Positions 27,497 through 32,000 of a stretch of 32,000 nt of DNA are shown here, one piece after another. The notes beneath the pieces were generated by a model, which had not been told where the DNA came from, searched no databases, and was given only the letters and a program-made list of their open reading frames with translations. The stretch comes from Aliivibrio fischeri ES114 (GTDB lineage Bacteria > Pseudomonadota > Gammaproteobacteria > Enterobacterales > Vibrionaceae). Numbering within the stretch: position 1 is the first letter of the stretch; each line of letters begins with the position of its first letter. The DNA lies in NCBI RefSeq assembly GCF_000011805.1, contig NC_006840.2, one strand, 5' to 3'. The position numbers and the translations under genes were made by a program.

Positions 27497-29539
27497 ATGT
27501 CACAAAACCACATTTTACCACAAAACAGCATCACTAATGCAGTCCTTGAATGGAATGAGTCTGGAACACCCGTCTCAAATGATTTTGATGACGTGTATTT
27601 TTCTAACGATAATGGGTTAGAAGAAACACGTTATGTTTTCTTACAACAAAATCATCTTCCACAAAGATGGCAAGAATATGACCAGCGTCGTTTTGTGATT
27701 GGTGAAACAGGATTTGGGACTGGATTAAACTTTCTTGCTGTATGGCAATGGTTCAAAGAGTTCCGCTCACAATATCCTGATGCTCCTTTAAAAGAGCTTC
27801 ACTTTGTTAGCTTTGAAAAATTCCCAGTTACTAAATCTGATTTAATTAAAGCTCATCAAGCGTGGCCAGAATTGGCTCAATTTGCTGAACAGTTACAAGA
27901 ACACTACCCAGCTGCCGTACCTGATTGCCATCGTTTAGTACTAGAAGACGGCATGATAACACTTGATCTCTGGTTTGGTGACATAAAAGATTGCATGCCT
28001 CAAATCTGGATGGACGATAAAGGGTTAATTGATGCATGGTTCCTCGATGGTTTTGCACCAAGTAAAAACCCTGAGATGTGGAATCAAACTCTGTTTAATA
28101 ACATGGCAAGCCTAGCTAAAAAAGGCTGCACCTGTGCAACGTTTACTGCAGCGGGATTTGTTCGTAGAGGCCTAATTGAAGCTGGCTTTGATATGAAGAA
28201 AGTCAAAGGCTTTGGGCATAAACGCGAAATGATTGCAGGCACATTAACGGAGCGTACAACCAAAGCAAACCACGAAGTATGGTATGCCCGCTCAACCAAA
28301 GAAAACATCACTGACGTTGCTATTATCGGGGGAGGTGTTGCTAGTGCTGCATTAGCGACAACCTTAATTAGACGTGGTGTAAAAGTGAGTGTTTACTGCA
28401 AAGATGAGAAATCAGCACAAGGGGCATCAGGTAACAAACAAGGTGCCGTATATCCACTGCTTAATGAGAAATTCAATTCCCTTTCTCGTTTTTTTGCTCC
28501 AGGATTTATTTTTGCTCGTCAATTCATCGACCAAGCAGCCAAACACGTAGAATTTGATCATGATTGGTGTGGTGTTACCCAGTTAAAATGGGATGAAAAA
28601 TCCGCCAATAAGCTAAATAAAATGCTTGAGGGAAATTTCCCTAATGAACTTGTTTCTTCTTTTGATATTGATAAAACCAATCAAATGGTTGGATTACCGA
28701 TTAATATGGAAAGTGTCCACTACTCATTAGGTGGCTGGTTATGTCCAAAACAATTAACTCGCGGATTATTTGAACATTTATCAAATAACCCACTGTTCAC
28801 TCTGCATTGTGATTCAGAAATAATCGCATTAACACAGAACGAAGAACAACAATGGCTTCTATCAACAGATAGCAACGCTTACCAACATCAAGCCGTTGTG
28901 GTTGCAAATGGGCACAGATTTACTGATTTTGAGCAAACTAAAGACATTCCAGCAACGCCTGTTCGTGGACAAGTCAGTCATATTCCAACGACAGAATCAC
29001 TAAAAAATCTGAAAACCGTATTATGTTATGACGGTTACTTAACGCCTGAAAACAGCAAACATCAGACTCATTGTATTGGTGCTAGTTATGATCGTCGTGA
29101 TTTAGATCTTGCATTTAAAGAGTCAGATCAAATCGAAAATGGCGAGAGATTACGAAAATGTGTTCCAAACGAGGTATGGCCAAACGACGTTGATACTAGC
29201 GATAACCAAGCTCGTGTAGGCATTCGATGTGCTAGTCGTGATCACCTACCATTTATCGGAAACGTGGTACGTTTTGAAGAGATGCAAGAAGAATACAAAA
29301 ACATCTATAAGAAACGCCACTGGTTACGTGAAGCTAAAGATATCCCTGTTTATGAAGGTTTATTCTGCATGTTAACACTGGGATCAAGAGGATTGAGCTC
29401 TGCACCATTATTGGCTGAAGCCTTAGCATCACAAATTATGGGTGACCCAATTCCACTACCAAATTCAGTGCTTGAAGGATTACACCCAGGAAGATTATGG
29501 GTGAGAAGATTACTGAAAGGGAAACCGTTGGATATTTAA
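27497..29539 (+). CDS. mnmC: Bifunctional tRNA (mnm5s2U34) biosynthesis protein MnmC
   Basis: 680 aa, [12 protein letters not shown] methyltransferase motif and [18 protein letters not shown] motif. Confidence 0.97.
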   Translation: MSQNHILPQNSITNAVLEWNESGTPVSNDFDDVYFSNDNGLEETRYVFLQQNHLPQRWQEYDQRRFVIGETGFGTGLNFLAVWQWFKEFRSQYPDAPLKELHFVSFEKFPVTKSDLIKAHQAWPELAQFAEQLQEHYPAAVPDCHRLVLEDGMITLDLWFGDIKDCMPQIWMDDKGLIDAWFLDGFAPSKNPEMWNQTLFNNMASLAKKGCTCATFTAAGFVRRGLIEAGFDMKKVKGFGHKREMIAGTLTERTTKANHEVWYARSTKENITDVAIIGGGVASAALATTLIRRGVKVSVYCKDEKSAQGASGNKQGAVYPLLNEKFNSLSRFFAPGFIFARQFIDQAAKHVEFDHDWCGVTQLKWDEKSANKLNKMLEGNFPNELVSSFDIDKTNQMVGLPINMESVHYSLGGWLCPKQLTRGLFEHLSNNPLFTLHCDSEIIALTQNEEQQWLLSTDSNAYQHQAVVVANGHRFTDFEQTKDIPATPVRGQVSHIPTTESLKNLKTVLCYDGYLTPENSKHQTHCIGASYDRRDLDLAFKESDQIENGERLRKCVPNEVWPNDVDTSDNQARVGIRCASRDHLPFIGNVVRFEEMQEEYKNIYKKRHWLREAKDIPVYEGLFCMLTLGSRGLSSAPLLAEALASQIMGDPIPLPNSVLEGLHPGRLWVRRLLKGKPLDI

Positions 29540-29547
29540 GGAAAGTA

Positions 29548-29666
29548 AGAGCAGGGACTAGGCCGGTCGCTAGCTCCCTTTCTGGTTTCAGGGGGCTAGT
29601 TGTAAGCGATGAACTCACAACAAACTCCCCTGAATCCTTTAAGCGAAGCGATCTGAACCCTGCTCT
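29548..29666. other. Highly structured intergenic element of unknown nature between mnmC and mltB
   Basis: Closing stem AGAGCAGGG/CCCTGCTCT, GGTCGCT/AGCGATC, TTCAGGGG/CCCCTGAA and GTTGT/ACAAC helices nested in order. Confidence 0.6.
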
Positions 29667-29667
29667 G

Positions 29668-30645
29668 TTACTTAATCGAATCAGCCAAGTGACTTACCGC
29701 TAACGCAAAATAATGCGAACGGTTCCAATCCATTAATACTTGGTAGTTGTTATATACAAGGTACGCTCGACCATCTTTATCATCCGGTTGAACTAGCCAT
29801 GCTTTAATATCTGCATCAGGTAATGCTTTACCTGTTAAACGACGAACACCTAGCTCTTGCCATTGTGCTAACGTCTTACCTTTTTCTTCAGACAACCCTT
29901 TTAGGCTTTCTGCATCCAAAGATTCAGGCAATTGCACTTGACGTCCCCATGTATAAGTATCGTCCCAACCTACTTGTTTTAAGTAATTAGCGGCGGAAGC
30001 AAATACATCGGCATGTGTATTCCAAATGTCTTTTTTTCCATCACCATTTCCATCAACAGCATAAGATAAAAATGATGTTGGCATAAATTGGCATTGACCC
30101 ATTGCACCAGCCCATGAGCCTTTCATGTTTTCAGGTGTAATGTGGCCTTGCTGTAAAATGGTCAATGCAGCCATGGTTTGTTTTTTGAAGAACGCTTCAC
30201 GACGACCGTCATAAGCCAACGTCGTTAATGCTTCAATAACGTTATAACCACCCGTTAATTTACCAAAGTTACTTTCAACACCCCATAATGCAACAATAAA
30301 TCGAGGTTGAACGCCATACTCTTCACCAATTCGATTTAACACTTTGTAGTGTTTTTTATATAAATCGTTCGCTTGCTTAATTTTCCATTTTGGCACAGCT
30401 CGTGGAATATATTCATCCAGAGTTAACTTCTTCTCTGGTTGATTGCGATCTGATTTTACTGCTTTCTCTTTAAATGCAACGTTTTTAAATGCACGTTCTA
30501 AAATCGGTTCTGAAATCCCAATTTCCCGTGCTTCATTTTTCAACCCAACAATGTAATCTTGAAAGTCGCCTTCAGGTGTTGCTGATGCTGATGCTGATGT
30601 TGCCAAAAATAAACTGACTATCCCTAGCAGTAATTTTTTCTTCAT
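29668..30645 (-). CDS. mltB: Lytic murein transglycosylase B
   Basis: 325 aa, FIVALWGVESNFGKLTGGYNVIEALTTLAYDGRR, GAMGQCQFMPTSF. Confidence 0.95.
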   Translation of the reverse strand: MKKKLLLGIVSLFLATSASASATPEGDFQDYIVGLKNEAREIGISEPILERAFKNVAFKEKAVKSDRNQPEKKLTLDEYIPRAVPKWKIKQANDLYKKHYKVLNRIGEEYGVQPRFIVALWGVESNFGKLTGGYNVIEALTTLAYDGRREAFFKKQTMAALTILQQGHITPENMKGSWAGAMGQCQFMPTSFLSYAVDGNGDGKKDIWNTHADVFASAANYLKQVGWDDTYTWGRQVQLPESLDAESLKGLSEEKGKTLAQWQELGVRRLTGKALPDADIKAWLVQPDDKDGRAYLVYNNYQVLMDWNRSHYFALAVSHLADSIK

Positions 30646-30671
30646 ATAATTAATTCTCTTCTCTTGCTGCT

Positions 30672-30932
30672 TTATCTTTTTTTGTATTTTTCAAGCAGGT
30701 TTTCAGGTGGTGGTGGTAACTGCAAAAAGAATCCATTTTCTTTTATTGCTGCTTTTACTTTTTCTACATCAACTGAAGCCAGTTTTCTGCCTTCTAAATT
30801 TACCACCATTACCATGGTTGGTGTACCGAACATCGCCATGAGTTCTTGCGGTACAGGAGCAAAATCATCTTTTTTCTCAATATAAAGATAAGCACCTTGT
30901 TTTTTCGTACTTTTATAAATAGAACAAAACAT
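30672..30932 (-). CDS. ycgL: YcgL domain-containing protein
   Basis: [24 protein letters not shown]...[14 protein letters not shown]. Confidence 0.93.
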
Positions 30933-31116
30933 TTTATAACCTATTTTTTGAAAGGGTTGCTCTTGCTCTCAACTTATTTCAAATGATTAATGTCTATTTG
31001 GTGAGAGGCTTGCTAAAAAGTAGACTTCTGACAATAAGATAACTTGCTGTACAGTCGAAGTGACTATAACATGGTATCAGATTTGTGGTATTAAAATTAT
31101 CAAGATACAGAATAGT

Positions 31117-31782
31117 ATGACAAAAACAGCCGATTTAAAGGGCAGTAATTTCACCCTTTCAGTATTACATTTGCCTAATGATGACGTTGCCTTAGCATTA
31201 AGTATGCTTGAGCAAAAAGTGGCACAAGCGCCTTCTTTTTTTGCTTCTGCACCCGTTGTCGTTAACATTGAAAATGTATCGAATGAAATTAACTTTGTTG
31301 AGCTAAAATCTGGAGTCGAACGTACCGGCATGATTCCTGTTGGAATTACAGGCTGTAAAGATAAACAAAAGCAAGCTCAAGCGACGGCTGCAGGCTTTGC
31401 GGTAATGACGTCTTTTACACCTCAACAAGTAACGCAAAAAGCAAATATGCAACCAACGAAAGTCGTAAAAACACCGATTCGTTCAGGTCAGCAAATTTAT
31501 GCGAAAGATGCCGATCTTGTGATCTTAAATCACGTAAGCCCAGGCGCTGAAGTGATAGCAGATGGCAGTATACATATTCACGGTACATTACGCGGCAGAG
31601 CAATCGCTGGTGCGAGTGGCCAAGCAGAAGCAAAAGTCTTCTGTAAAAACTTACAAGCTGAGCTAATTTCCATTGCGGGTAATTATTGGCTAAGCGATCA
31701 AATTGACAAAGAGTATTGGCATCAAAATGTCATGATCACTATGGTTGAAGACCGTATTCAGATCGATACCCTAACGTTATAG
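31117..31782 (+). CDS. minC: Septum site-determining protein MinC
   Basis: C-terminal [45 protein letters not shown]; start trimmed to [10 protein letters not shown] at 31117. Confidence 0.96.
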   Translation: MTKTADLKGSNFTLSVLHLPNDDVALALSMLEQKVAQAPSFFASAPVVVNIENVSNEINFVELKSGVERTGMIPVGITGCKDKQKQAQATAAGFAVMTSFTPQQVTQKANMQPTKVVKTPIRSGQQIYAKDADLVILNHVSPGAEVIADGSIHIHGTLRGRAIAGASGQAEAKVFCKNLQAELISIAGNYWLSDQIDKEYWHQNVMITMVEDRIQIDTLTL

Positions 31783-31807
31783 CACAATAGAAAAAGGAAT
31801 AATAAAA

Positions 31808-32000
31808 ATGGCACGTATTGTCGTTGTGACTTCAGGCAAAGGTGGCGTAGGTAAAACTACTTCTAGCTCTGCAATTGCATCGGGTCTTGCATTGGCTGGC
31901 AAAAAAACTGCGGTAATCGATTTTGATATTGGTTTACGTAACCTTGACCTAATTATGGGTTGTGAGCGTCGTGTTGTTTACGATTTTGTAAACGTTATTA
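31808..32000 (+). CDS. minD: Septum site-determining protein MinD (5' part, cut by window edge)
   Basis: [63 protein letters not shown]. Confidence 0.98.
   Translation, partial: MARIVVVTSGKGGVGKTTSSSAIASGLALAGKKTAVIDFDIGLRNLDLIMGCERRVVYDFVNVI

Noticed and set aside
29548-29666. Interpretation of the mnmC-mltB element as an integron attC site or tRNA
   Set aside because: No flanking integron cassette or attC core sites in the right layout, and no T-arm/CCA or cloverleaf that I can make fit.
29436-29703. Short ORFs spanning the mnmC-mltB gap (29436-29618 minus, 29497-29703 plus)
   Set aside because: Run mostly through mnmC or mltB coding sequence in other frames; the gap is better explained as a structured non-coding element.
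1-32000. Search for mobile elements, toxin-antitoxin pairs, restriction, CBASS/retron-like modules, BGC genes, tRNA/rRNA
   Set aside because: Nothing supportable found; gene content is core chromosomal with tight operon packing.

Overview
This is a 32 kb chromosomal window from a Vibrionaceae bacterium. Gene content and dispersed TATACCAAT palindromes suggest Aliivibrio-like, but I could not run a database search. It is mostly core housekeeping DNA: a secreted protein of unknown function, a DMT transporter, a coniferyl-aldehyde-dehydrogenase-like ALDH, a dGTPase, a DTW-domain protein, a rhombosortase-like rhomboid, recR, ybaB, dnaX, apt, a YbaN-like protein, an RssB-like regulator, a LysR regulator, purF-cvpA-dedD-folC-accD-truA, fimV/hubP, asd-pdxB, fabB, mnmC, mltB, ycgL, minC and the start of minD. 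I found no prophage, IS element, CRISPR array, tRNA, rRNA or defence system, and no convincing multi-gene novel system. The points most worth a second look are: (1) an in-frame A AAA AAG slippery heptamer in dnaX followed by GGC TAG in the -1 frame, predicting a 498-aa gamma subunit; (2) a ~119-nt intergenic element between mnmC and mltB with a 9-bp closing helix and nested helices; (3) near-identical 279-bp (93-aa) tandem repeats plus 24-25-aa STALLDEL repeats in the acidic region of FimV/HubP; (4) a secreted orphan protein with an H...NCxWF pattern resembling permuted papain/NlpC-like folds; (5) a PurR-like box overlapping the dedD stop codon upstream of cvpA-purF.
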